A stretch of DNA of 64,000 nucleotides from Moniliella sp. 'wahieum' (Eukaryota), in assembly GCA_003971905.1 (NCBI GenBank), contig RSEE01000016.1, forward strand, positions 496,001 to 560,000, in the 5' to 3' direction. Made by a program: the position numbers and the translations under genes. The notes under the pieces are model-generated. The model saw nothing but the letters and a program-made list of their open reading frames with translations, made no database searches and was not told where the DNA came from. Positions 48,419-60,841 of this stretch are shown piece after piece (position 1 is the stretch's first letter; each line of letters begins with the position of its first letter).

Positions 48419-51082
48419 TTAAAGTCGCGCCATGCCAACACGAGCCGCAGAAAGAGCTGCCGCCGGCGAAGTGTTGAGCGAGAACAGGCGCGTCGCCGGC
48501 GTCATCGCATAGTTGGACGGCAGCCCGGCCACCAGCCCCGCAACCGAGGGCGGGGAAGTAATGCCATAGTTGATCCCCGCCAGTGCCTGCGTCGTCTCGA
48601 GCAAGGGCTTGCGTGGGCCAGTTAGGTGCTCCAGGACCGCCGCGGAACGGACAGCCTGGGCTTGCGCCTGTTGGGCCTGGACCTGTACCTGGACTGCGCT
48701 CGCCGCCGGGCTAAGCGATCCCGACGAGGCAGAGTTGAACGCACCCTGCAACACTGCTGCCACGGCCGCCGGGTTGACCACCGACGAGCCATACTGCGCC
48801 ACCGCGTTGGCCACAATCGCTTGGGTCACGCTCGACTGCGCCGCCGCCGCCAACGCTGCCTGCGCCTGCGCCGCCACCTCTTGGGTCTGGGCTGCGGCGT
48901 TCCAAGCAGCCGCCTGCTGGGCCACGGCACGCTGCTGGTACACCTGCTGGGCGATGGCACGCTGCTGGGATACCTGCTGGGCAATGGCATGCTGCTGGTA
49001 CGCCTGCGCCACAGCGGAACGTGCGTATGTGGAAGCGGCCGCTTGCTGGATAGCGCTCTCCACCGCATGCTTCGCTACACCCGAAGACTGTGCCTCAAGC
49101 GCGCGCGCCACCGCTGCCTGCTGATTGGCGCTGGCGACCGAAGAAGCAATAGACGACTGAGCCACCGCAGCATACGCAGCCGCCTTGAGCGCCGCCTGCT
49201 GCTTTCCGCCTGTTGGGTGGCCGCGGCCCACTGGACAGCATTCGAAATGGCTGCTTGGGTTAGGGCCGACGTCTTAGCCGCCGCCAACGACGACAATACA
49301 CCCCCGTCACTCCAGCTTGCACTAATGCATTGTCCAGGACTGATTGCGTGTGGCGCGACGCGACCGTCTCCGAAAGTGCCGCCGCCACGTCGGCCGAGGA
49401 GAGACCAGTAGCAGCTTGTAGAGCACCAGTTGAGCCGTAGCTGGCCAAATCGGCCGCGGTAGCTGCCTCGAGTGCAGAAGCGGACCTGTAGCCAGCCAGA
49501 CCGGCAGCAGCCGTCTGTTGGGCAGCGTAATTCTGAGCCTCTGCCGTCTGGGCAGCAGCCGTCTGCGCAGCAGCCTTCTCAGCAGCGTAAGTCTGAGCAA
49601 CAGCCTGGGCAGCAGCCGCCTCAGCAGCATATGTCTGAGCCGCAGCGGTCCGGGCAGCAGCGGTCTGGGCAGCGTACGTTTGAGCCGCAGCGGTCTGGGC
49701 AGCAGCGGTCTGGGCGGCGTAATTCTGTTGGGCAGCGTAGTTCTGAGCAGCATAGTTCTGGGCGGCGTAGTTCTGAGCAGCAGCCGTTGAGCAGCCACCG
49801 TCTGGGCAGCCACCGTCTGGGCAGCAACCGTCTCAGCAGCAACAGCATTAACAGCAGCGGCCTGCGTAGCGGCCTGCGTAGCGGCGGCAGATCCGTACCC
49901 GTTGAACCCGGAAACGGTGCCGCCGTAGCCGGATAGACCAGATGCGGTAGCCGCCTGAGCTGCCTGGATCTGGGCAGCCTCCGCAGCCGCGACAGATCCA
50001 TAGCCGGCCAAGCCAGCGGACTGAGCCGTCTGGAGAGCAGCGCTGGTTCCATTATACCCGCCGCGACCAGCGTAAGCCGCTTGAGCTTGTTGTGCCGCGG
50101 CAAAAGATCCATAGCTGCTCAGATCAGCCGCCGTTGCGGCATTAGCACCAGCGATCGAGTTGTATCCATACAGACCAGCCGCCTGAGCGGCAGAAGTGGA
50201 ACCAACAGTAGCAATCCCGCTGTCGTAGGCAAACTTTGGGTGTATATGATGAAGGAACGAACAGGTCAGTAAGGTGGAAGAAAAGGAGAAGAGCAAATCC
50301 GAAAAAGACATACCAGGTTGGCGGCAGCAATGTTGCTCGCTTGTGAGGTGATGGCCGAGTTGGCAACGGCCGATTCGGCCGCTTGCGAGGCGATGAAGGA
50401 CTTGTTCGCAGCTGTCTGAGCGGCAACGGTGGCAACATCGGCAGCCTGGGTGGCCTTGTAGGCCGCCTCACTGGCGGCTTGGGCTGAGAGTTGCGAATTG
50501 GATGCATACTGGTTAGACTGCTGGGCGGCCAACTCGAGACTGGAGAGGAAACCAGACTGGATTCTGATGCGGCGGCAGTCTGCTGCGACGCCACAAGGGT
50601 CGAAGCTTGCTGTTGCTGGATCTGGCTCAGGCCCGCGACGGATTGGGCAAAGCGTTCTTCGGCAATAGTTTGGTCGATGCGCGACGCGAGGATATCGGCA
50701 CCGGGCAGTGCAATGCCAGAAGCATTGAATACCAAGTCAGCTCTGCCCCCCCATGCCAAGGGTAGCTCGGAGAACAACTGGGAATAGGCCGCGTCGAGCG
50801 CCATCCCGCCAACGGCCCGCTGGGTGGCAAGGTCCAACGCCAACACCGAACCCGACAGAGCGGAAGAGCCAAAGGAAGAGGAGGCGTCAGAGCAGCCTGG
50901 AGGAGGGGTGGAGACGGCGCAACGAAGGACGCGGTGGCCCGACTTGAGCAGGCCGAGGGCGACGGGAGACCGTAGTCCGCATCGCCTATAAAGACGATGG
51001 TCTTGGGTGCCTGGGCTAGGCTGCTGGCAGCCAGAGGGGCGGCACCCAGTGGAGCTGGAGTGGGAGATTGGAAGAAGGCCAT
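48419..51082 (-). CDS. Ala/Gln-rich low-complexity repeat protein, possibly secreted or cell-surface
   Basis: ATG 51082, intron ~50234-50313, A/Q/S/Y-rich throughout, 15-nt tandem units at ~49500-49840 (AAQTV/AAQNY/AAQTA), stop 48419. Confidence 0.75.
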
Positions 51083-52244
51083 AATGGTGGGGGCGGGAAG
51101 TGCTGGTTTTTTTGAGGGGGGGTAGAGGGGAAGAAGAAGACGGGGCTGGGAGAGATGCGGTTGAAGACGGACGGGGGGCTGCTTTTATACACACTCCAAA
51201 AGAAGTGATTGTATGTATGTGGTGGGTAAAATTATGTCGCATCAGAAGAGACTATACCAATCATACCATGAATACCACTGCATTTGACGAGAGAACCCAG
51301 CCCGCTGTGGCGCCTGCAGAGGCGCACGGGCCCGGAGGAAAGGAGAGAGGAGTGCACGGGCCGAGTGGAGAGGAGAGGCGCGGGGGCTATGCACGTTAAA
51401 AGGTGGAACGGATGGGGTGGACGCATACCGAAAAGTTAGTAGGAAATGCCAGGCTAGGGGCGCAGGCAGAGTATATTTCTCAGGAGCGGCGTGGTACTAA
51501 TGTGAGCAAGAGCCGTGGCACTGTATCGCACACTCGCCGTGGGCATCCGAGCAGTGCAACATGCCTCCGAGCCAGCCAACAACAGTGCCTCCGTCCCTTG
51601 CTGTCCTCCCCAGCTGCTGCGGGCAGCTGATGAGGCTCAGCGCTCACGCTGAGCTCTGAGCGCGCTCAGGCCCCTCCGCTCCACTCCACCGCCCACCTCC
51701 CACATGTTAGCCGGCGGAGGTGGCGACGTCTCCATGCTCCTCGTTGGACTAATGGAAGGCTCAGCCGCTCACTAGTCACTCCCCTCTCACGTCACAGCCC
51801 GGAAACTAGCGCCGTGCGGTCCATATGCATGCCGGCGGGCGCAACGCCGTCACACTGGTGCTGTGCTGCTTGGGAGGCGGTCGTATATATAACTAGCAAC
51901 AGGAGTATAGCTCTCTCTCTGTCGTGCTGCCGCCAAAAGCCGGGGCCCAGTCCCAGGCGCACAGCCAGATACATTCGCCAGAGTGCGGATGGGGGTGGGG
52001 GCAAATTGTAAGTTAGTTGCGCTTGGAATCCTCCTAGGTCCAACCCTTTTCGAAGGAGGGCCGACATTGGTGGGTGCAGTGTGGTGTTGTTTGTGTTTTT
52101 GGTAAAGACACTGCAGAGAAGAGAACTTTCACAAAACATTCTTCAGTGTGTGGAGGCCAAAAGAGAAAAGAAGCAAAATTGAACTCCAGCACTGGCTGTG
52201 TTGAACAGCAAAAGTGTTCTTCGTAATGTAGCCCACGCTGCGCT

Positions 52245-52465
52245 TGTTGAGCCATCAGGTGGCTCGTGCTTTGGCCAATGTCCCTTCAGTTCCTCCTCAG
52301 GCCTAGGAGTTCCGTTGTTTTCTCTCCTGTTTTTCCTTGTTCCGCTTAGCCCCTGGTGGCGACTCGCTGCTTGATGTTCCTCTGTAGGCATTGCTGGTTG
52401 CCACCCTACCACCACCCGTGCGATTGCATCACCCTCCAGGACCATCAGGACTCCAGGTCTCATCA
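52245..52465 (+). mobile_element. Solo LTR, family B, no matching TSD
   Basis: TGTTGAGCC...GGTCTCATCA, near-identical to the other two family B copies. Flanks GCGCT / CTGGG differ. Confidence 0.9.
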
Positions 52466-53126
52466 CTGGGTATGGGAACGGATGGAGGGGGCCACCATAG
52501 GGTCCTGATCCAACGGATTGAATCTCTTGGCGACTCCCCTGGTTTTCTAAACGGGGTCGCCGCCAAAAAGCAACACAAGCCGGATGATCGAGCTTTGTCG
52601 ATGATATGGTTACAGTTTCCCTTGTGGTTCCCTAAACGGGGGGGGGGGTTGGCGCGAACGAGCAACATAAGTCGGATGAGCGGGTCGGTTTACAGGCGCA
52701 GCGTTTCTTTGTTCCAGCCTTAAGCTCTGGAAATGACATGGTCACAGCGTAGAGATATGCAGTTTAATTGTGGCTATGAGACTAGCGACCGTCGTTACAC
52801 ACACTACAGACTTCTGTTGCCACACTATACGTTAGCATCACTATCGACATCATCGATGCATCAGTATCGGTCTTTAAGCTTCAAGGTTCACGGGTTATAC
52901 CAGGTTATACTACCGGGCGGGACTCCAGGTATCGGTCGTAACGCGAAAGGGGGGAAGCTTCCTTTTGGTGTCGACCCATGGTGGGGTGGCTCGTGTATTT
53001 TTGCCCCAAAGGTTCTTTTGGACTTTCCCTCTCTTTTCACTGGCCACAAGCTCCAAAAGGAACTCCGATATTCTCGCTGCTGTTTGCCTCGTTTCGCAGC
53101 CATGGGGTCGGTGGCGAATGGGTGCT

Positions 53127-53482
53127 TGAGTACTCACTGAGTACTGAGTCCTTATATACATGTCTCTGGTATATCACACCCACCACCACTATATATAGTG
53201 CTGGAGTGCTGCATCTCAGATATGGCTAGATGACTAGTGACTAGTGACCGGTGACCGGTGACCACTAAGTGACTAGTGGCTATTATAGAGACTCTCCTAT
53301 TGAGAAAGATCTTTTCGGCTCTCAGATCTCACACGCTCCCATCTCAGATCTCATGTCGAAACGACGACCTCCGAAGTCCCCAGGCCTCAGCATGAGGCTT
53401 GACCGGCTGATCCCAGGGCCCTGAGCCTCAGGAGCGTCAGGATCAATTGCATCCAATGGGCATGATGCATGATGCATGATGC
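53127..53482. repeat. Cluster of 7-bp-period TGA/TCA-plus-palindrome motifs (representative cluster)
   Basis: TGAGTACTCACTGAGTACTGA; TGACTAG TGACTAG TGACCGG TGACCGG TGA; CTCAGATCTCA twice; (ATGCATG)n. Confidence 0.9.
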
Positions 53483-54365
53483 CTCCTGTGAAAAGAAAAT
53501 GTGTGTCGTATGTAACTCTGCCGGTATGCCCTCGACCGCAGGAAGAGAGAGGTCGCCTTATTATCTTCGATCCACAGTGTGTTGGGTCTACGTGAATGAG
53601 GCTGTGACTGCCGGCTGGCCAGAAGCGGGGATTAGGCGCTTGCGGGAGGGGAGATAGGAGGAGGCATGCTTGGACGCATGCCGGATATAGTGCTGTATGA
53701 AGCTGATGACGCGCGGTTACTATGATTGGTCGGTGGCGAAGATCTCTCTCGATCGACGGTCTGGCTTTGGTGCCTACCGCCAGACCCTAGTTTGTGCTGC
53801 GTACATAGAGGCCGTTGCGACGATGGAGTAGTGAATGGGAGGCAGGACTCGGGTATTCAGTACGCCGTGCTCGGGCTGTATCCAGGCTTTTGGCCCCAGG
53901 GCGGAGCAGCACTGGGGCGGTTGCTGGTGTGGCTGGTCGGCTGGCTGGCGGAGTTCGACTGCGGGATCGGTGCAACGGATGGGAGGGCGGGCTGGGAGGG
54001 GTGCTGCTGGCGGCCGACGTGTGGGCCGAGCGCATGGCGTGGTGGTGGGTGATCAGTGTGCATCATCGCTGATCGACGTCCCTCGCTCGGCCGAGGAGAG
54101 GCGAGAGGCGAGTGGAGAGAGAGGCAAGAGAGAGGCGAGAGGTGAGACGCGCAGAGGCGCAGGCGGCCAGCCAAAAAAAGGTACAGCCTCCCGCACCCAC
54201 CAACCGCCCCTTCCGCCTCCCGCCAGCGCTGGCCGGCTCAGCCTAGTTCAGCCCAGGCCTGTGCGTCCAACGCGCCGCCTCGTGTCGCCTGCTGTCGCCT
54301 CCGCTTGCCACACCCCGCTCCGCCACCCCTGCGCCATGCCGCCGCCCCTCCCCCCCCCGTGTGCC

Positions 54366-56006
54366 ATGCCCACTGCGCCCAGCACCCCCATGCTCGACCA
54401 GTTCCGCCACTTCATCCGCCACGGCAAAGCCGCCGACCCCGCGGTCGCCCAGACCGAGTGGGCCCAGTACCAGCGCGAGCGCGAGCGCGGCGACGCGATG
54501 GATCTCGATTTGCCGCATGCCGTGCTTGATCCCGTGCCGCCCCACCGGCCGAGGAACCCGGGCGGACGCAGGTGGCAAGAGACCTAGTGCGGCAAGAGCA
54601 TGCCCAGGTGGCGCAGCTGCCCCAGTACCCAGGCCTGACAGAACGGTACCATCTCCTGACCAAGATGGGCGATGGCGCCTTTAGCAACGTTTACCACGCC
54701 GTCCACCGCGAGACGGGCTCGGAATGTGCCATCAAGGTCGTCCGCAAAGCCGAGTCCTCCGCCACCTCCCACCTCAATGCCCAGTTCCGGCGGAAACACA
54801 AGGTAACCGAGCGTGCTGGCATTCTCAAAGGTACACATCATGCGCCGTCTCAACCACGGTAACATCATTCGCCTCCTCGAGTTTAGTGAATCGGACGATT
54901 TCTACTTTCTCGTGTTGGAACTGGCCAAGGGCGGCGAGCTGTTCCATCAAATTGCGCACCTCACCTACTTTTCCGAAGCGCTCGCGCGCCACGTAATCCT
55001 TCAAGTGGCCGAGGCCATTCGCTACTTGCACCAGGAAGGGGTGGTGCACCGCGACATTAAACCAGAGAACATCCTGTTTGAGCCCATCCCGGTCATTCCC
55101 TCCAAGTTCTCCCGGGCGCGGCCCTACGACGAAGACAAGGCGGATGAAGGCGAATTTATTCCCGGCGTGGGGGGCGGTGGCATTGGGCGGGTTAAGATTG
55201 CCGATTTTGGGTTGAGCAAGGTGGTCTGGGAAGGCTGGGCGACCAGTCCGTGTGGCACGATTGGCTACACGGCCCCCGAGATTGTCTCTTCTTCGCGGTA
55301 TAGTAAATCGGTGGATATGTGGGCATTGGGATGCGTACTCTACACCCTCTTATGCGGTTTCCCTCCCTTTTACGATGAGAGCATCGCCACCCTGACCCAA
55401 AAGGTGGCCCGAGGCGAATACACGTTTCTTTCACCCTGGTGGGACGATGTGTCCGAGTCGGCCAAAGACTTGATCCGCCATTTGCTCACTGTTGACCCTC
55501 TCAAGAGGTATACCATCGATCAGTTCCTGGCCCATCCTTGGTGTCGTGCGCCCCAGTCGGTCCCCTTCCTCACTCCTGGTGGGCTGGCGATTGCACAACG
55601 GATGCCGCTGGCCTCCCCTCTGCTCTCCGTTCTCCGTTCCACCAATCCTACCATGACCCGGCAAGCGCGGGCCGGATTGGGTCTCACCACGCCGGGCATG
55701 CAACAACTGAAGGAAGCGTTTGACGTGTCCTATGCTGTACACCGAATGGGCGAGGAGGCTCAGGCGAATCCGTCGGGTGGGCTGATGCAACTGAATGAAG
55801 AGGAGGAAGAGGAAGATCTGCCCTGGGAGGCACAGAAAGCACTCCAAGCCACCCGCATCGGAATCACTCCACCCCCAGCCCGTTCACCTGGCTCGGGCGG
55901 GTTCCAGCTCAACCTCAACAATGCCACGTTGCTAAAGAACCGGGGCAACCGAGAGCCGCAACTGCACTTGGGTGGCCGCATGGCACCCCGCAACCCCGTG
56001 CTTTGA
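54366..56006 (+). CDS. SRK1: MAPK-activated CAMK-family kinase (Srk1/Rck2 type)
   Basis: FRHFIRHGK, KMGDGAFSNVY, AIKVVRK, VVHRDIKPENILF, EGEFIPGVGGGGIGRVKIADFGLSK, PCGTIGYTAPE, EAFDVSYAVHRM. Confidence 0.9.
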
Positions 56007-56576
56007 CTTTGAACGAATCGAGAGAGGGTTGGATCCTTCTCTCTCGGTCTGTACCCTTCTTTTCCCTCTTTCCGTTTCCCTCATACTTTTGTTTCTGCTA
56101 CCCCACACTTTCCCTACTCTTCCCTTTCGCTTTGATTGGCCACCACCATTATTTGCAGTCATTGGATCTATGTGTCATGGGTATCTTTTCTTTGTGATCC
56201 ATCCTTATCCCGCCTGAGCAGGCCAGATCGCAGGCCGAGCAAACGGATGATTTAGAGGATTACTCGATTGATATGCGGTAAAGGAGTTGTGGAGGAAGAG
56301 TAGGAGAAGAAGAGCTGACAAGGGTGGGGACTGGGATAAAAACGGTAAGATGTGGGTTGTGGAGTCTCTGCCGTGACTGTGAAGCTTGAAGCCGCTCATG
56401 TGCTTCTGCGACTTTGGGGCGCCATGTCCCACCTGGTCACAGTCTCACCTATCCGACTGATATCTCACATCCCCGATCTCACAACTTGCACGACCCCATC
56501 CCCCAAGTCGCCCTGTCACATGTGCCAAACAGCTTGCGGCCGCTGCCCCTTCCTGGGGCAGCCTGTCCAAAAAAAT

Positions 56577-56683
56577 TGAAGGCAGTGGGATTCGAACCCA
56601 CGAATGTCGCAGTTCTATCCACTCTTAAGCGGAAGCGCTTAATGACTTGAATACGATGCCATAGACCACTAGGCTATGCCTCC
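56577..56683 (-). tRNA. tRNA-Leu(CAA), 33-nt intron, short variable loop
   Basis: GGAGGCA TA GCCTAGTGGTCTATGGC A TCGTA TT CAA G [intron] C TGCGA CATTC GTGGG TTCGAAT CCCAC TGCCTTC A, with a T-run terminator downstream. Confidence 0.8.
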
Positions 56684-57020
56684 TGATGCCGAGGCACGCG
56701 TCAGCACCTGCTGGGGTGCAGCCGGGCACGTGAGCCAAGCGCCAAGTGGCTTACGCAAGCAGGATACTGGCGCCGTGGGACCAGCGGGCGGCGCGGCGGC
56801 GGAGCGCAGCACTGCTGAGCTGAGCCACTGGCGGCGGCCGGGGCGGGTCGGGAGGGGTGGGCGTGTATGTGCGCTTTGGCTGCGAGTTGCTGCTTCCCTC
56901 GTCGCCCTCCATCCGCACGCCAGCATTGCAGCCTCCCGCCGCCACCACCACCTCTGCTATCACCACCACCACCGCCTCTCCTCCCCCCCCTCCACCCTCT
57001 ACCCCATCACTCCCGCAGGC

Positions 57021-60000
57021 ATGGCCGCCGCCAAGGCGCCCCCGCCCCCCCACACCCACCCCGATGCCTCCTGTGCTCCCGCCCCCTCTGCTGCCAGTCC
57101 CGGCAGCGCCACAAGCGAACTGCGTGCCCTCGCCCGCGTCGAGCTCAACCCCGCCTTCACACCTAAGAGTTATGTGGGCGCGGTGAGTGCTCTTATAGCC
57201 CGCGCACGCAACTCGGACGACTTGGGCGAGTTGGAGACTGCGTTTGTTTCTTATCTCAAGGCCGCCACCATCCTCCACGAGCTGCCTACCCATCCAGCCT
57301 GGCCCCAGGAGAAGAACGCCCGCTCCCCCCCTACGAACGATGGTATAACATTCTTGCACACACCAATGACCTCGTTGATCGCACCACTCGCATTGAGATG
57401 CAGCTTGCCGATCGCTCCCTCCGCCAGGCCAAAGCCCAAGCTTTGGCCCCTGCATCTGCCCCTGCTGTCTCTGCTGCTTCAGTCGCGCCCCAACAAGTTC
57501 TTCCACCCCGCACGACGCACCCGCCAATGCAGGCGATGTCCAGTATACTGACTTGGTTGCTCGTCTCGGCGCGCTTCATGCCCCCGCCGCAGAGCCTACT
57601 ACTGTCACCACCACATTCCCCTCTATCGTTGAGTTTGAACAAAGCTTGGCTTCATCTCATCTGCCCTCTGTGCCTCACAATGCCCCGGGCTTGGGTCCAA
57701 CTGGGTCCATCCCCACCCCTCCACCGCGTGTTTCTGCCCCCTCTGCCCCAGTCTTGCCCCCTCGCGCATTCTCTCTCCTCGCCATCCTGCCTCTGCAAGT
57801 CAACCAGGCAGTGCCACCTCGGGCCCTGGTGCGTCGGACGAGGCCTCAGTTCCAACCCCACCTAAGAAAAAGAAGCCTCCTCCTCCTCCCCCGACATCTG
57901 CTAGACCTTCGACCAAGATGGTATCCAATCTTCCTGGTGCAGGGGATGGGACCCTGGGCGACCTGCCGTCGCCACCCAATACACCATTCTCCGAGCTGTG
58001 GATTTGTGGCCACTGCTCAACCCTCCCTTCCGCACGCGACCGGAGTCTGACAAACTGGAGAAGGTGAAGGGGTTCAAGATTCTGTTACTGGATGTGCGCC
58101 CGCGCGAGGCTTACGACAAGGGGCACATTTTTGCCAAGTACACCGTCTGCATCGACCCTGTCATCTTCACACTGACATGCAGGGCAAGGACATCGAAGAG
58201 CGTCTCATTGTCGGCCCTGCGGATGAGCAGAAATACTTCGCACGCCGCTCCGAGTTTGACCTTATCGTCCTTATGACCAGTCTTCCCGTCCTTCGCTCCA
58301 TGCCCGGCCCAGTGCCAGCGATCCGTTGGGCATTGTCAACCGTGCCATCTACGAGCTCGAATTCAGCAAGCCGCCCAAACACCAACCCATTTACCTCACT
58401 GGTGGGTACGACAGTTGGGAGAAGCTGAACAAATCTAACGAGCCGAGCGAGAGTAAAGTCCCCTTGGTTACAGGGGCCACCGCCCCTTCCTCTCCACCAT
58501 CCTCCTCCCCACCCCCGGCGCGCATTTTCCGCCCAACCGTCCCTTCAGCTGCGGGACTTTCTTCCCCCTCCCTTGGTCCTTCTCGGCAGACTGGCATGCT
58601 GGACTATCCTCCCTTCGAGCAGCCAGTTCTATGCATCCTCCACACCTTTGGCTCTGGGCTTTCCTCGCCGCCGGCCTTGGTGCAGAATGCTACGGCCCTG
58701 GTGCCTAGTCCCGCGCGTCATCCTCACCCTGTTCCACCACCCGCCCCCGAGCCACACCCGCCCGCCCTTGCCGCCAGCACCGCCTCCACTGCCCCCTTCC
58801 CATCCCAAAAGTTCTCCTGCTCCCGTCAGCGCGCACCCTTCCCCAGCCAGCGCAGTGGTCTCTACTGCGCCAGGTGTGGGCATCGGCGCTCGCCGTTTGT
58901 CGTTGCGAATTGGCATGACGGGTATGCGCAACTTGGCGAACACATGCTACATGAACTCGGTGATTCAATGTCTGTCAGCCACACCCGAGCTGGCCCAATA
59001 CTTTGTTCGGGGGGATTATGTCAAGCAGATCAACCACGCCAATCCGCTGGGAACCAATGGTCAACTGGCCCAGGCATTCGCCGTGCTCATCTCTACGCTT
59101 TGGTCGGAGAAGTATGAGTACATTCGTCCAGTTGCCTTTCGCCAGGTGCTTACCCGTGTTCTGCCCACGTTTGCTGGCAATGAGCAACACGACTGTCATG
59201 AGTTCCTCTCCTTCCTCACCGACACGCTGCATGAAGACTGAATCAGCCATCGTCCAAGGCGCTGGCACGCGTCGGCCTGGCATGACAGAGGAGGAACAGC
59301 GCAAGGTGGAAGAGGCTGAACTCGAGCGGCTTCCGATCCAAGAAGGTGCTGCACGCGAGTGGTTGCGCTATGCACAGACGAACGATTCGTTTGTGCTCAA
59401 TGCGTTTGCTGGTATGCTGCGCAACCGAATGCAATGTTCCGTGTGCAGCACGACCAGCACGACCTACAATGTCTTCCGCGACCTGTCCCTTCCCATCCCC
59501 AAACCTCGGGCGAGGTGAGCGTGTATGATGCATTGGACGCCTTCTTGGCACCGGAAGTATTGGATGGAGCAGACAAGTGGATGTGCTCGACGTGCAAGGT
59601 ACCGCGTCGGGCCACCAAACAGCTCACCCTCGCCCGCTTGCCCACCCATCTCGTCATCCACCTCAAACGCTTCTCCTTCACCGCCGGTTCCACCCGCTGG
59701 GGCAACAAGGAGGGCAAGATCACTGCCCGTGTTGACTTTCCGCTGGACGGGCTGGACCTAACCCGCTTTTTGCCTGGGCCGGGAGGGCAGTGTACGATCT
59801 ATACGGCGTCGTGCACCACTTTGGCACGCTCAACTCGGGCCACTACACTGCCACCATCCGCAACGAGGGCCGGTGGGATTATGTGGACGACAGCCGGATC
59901 GTGCCGAACAACGACAAGGAACTGTTTGTACGTCGCTGTTCTAAACTGCACAGTAAAAGCCCAAGGCGCGGTTGGATACTGACCCGGACGACGATTGATA

Positions 60001-60049
60001 CCTGCAGACCAACTCGCCGTACGTGCTGTGGTACCAGCGGCGTACGTGA
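57021..60049 (+). CDS. DOA4: Ubiquitin C-terminal hydrolase, Doa4/USP8 type (MIT-like, rhodanese, USP domains)
   Basis: LETAFVSYLKAA, ILLLDVRPREAYDKGHI (rhodanese), TGMRNLANTCYMNSVIQCL (Cys box), QHDCHEFL...LHED, YDLYGVVHHFGTLNSGHYTA (His box). Intron 59928-60007. Confidence 0.9.
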
Positions 60050-60529
60050 CCACGTGGCCTGCGCCTGGCGCAGCTGCCCTCCACCTGCAACGATGCACCA
60101 TTGAACGTCTGGGTCTTGTGGGTGCGTTGGGTGGGAAGACGAGAAACGTAAGAATAATAGCCAGGAGAGCACTTATCTATCCACCGTTGCGTTGCAGGCG
60201 CCTTGCCTGCTTGCTCGCCTAGCTTGAGTCAACCCAGCTTGGGCGCCACTCGGCCGCGCATTGGCCGCCGACTTGCTTTTGGTGGACCAATCAGCCGAGA
60301 GCGACGACCAATTTCTCATCAGGATGATATAAGGGTGGATGGTGAATGGACCCCAGGTGGGGGCGAGGAAATTTCTGTTGAGGAAAATGGTTGGTAGTCA
60401 CTTTGCTGCCACCGACGACGGGTCCCTCATCCTCTCCCCCTGCATATGACTCCCCCCATCGATCTCTGCTCCCCCCTACCCACCGCCCGCCGTTGTTTCT
60501 GTTGTGGAGAGGGTTTCTGTCGCCCTGTT

Positions 60530-60762
60530 TGCTGAGACCTGCTGTTCCGTTCGTAGGCCAACTGGTGCCTTACTTGTTGTCCACCTTAAGTTTGTCCGCC
60601 GAAAAGCCATAATACACACAAGTCGCTTGTTTGAATCCCCGTCTCTTTTCATATCAGTAGTTTGAGGTGTGGACTTCAACCACCGTCACCATTACATTAC
60701 TCCACTTTTCCAGAGGTTCTCCACTCAAGACCTTGGGTTCTTCCAGTCTTACTATCGTAACA
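60530..60762 (+). mobile_element. Degenerate solo LTR related to the Copia LTR at 12349
   Basis: Shares GACCTGC..TCC, TAGGCCAA, GCTTGTTTGAA, TTTCCAGAGGTTC and TGGGTTC..CC.GTCTTAC with 12349-12572. Confidence 0.7.
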
Positions 60763-60841
60763 TACACTTGTGTCACATTGGGAAAGAATCCATTATTGGC
60801 AAAAGGATGGTAAGATATGAGAACAAAGTAGGGCCATCCAC

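Noticed and set aside
52470..53105. Internal retroelement sequence or small gene beside the LTR
   Set aside because: No clear PBS, gag or pol motifs. Only short ORFs of no recognisable family.
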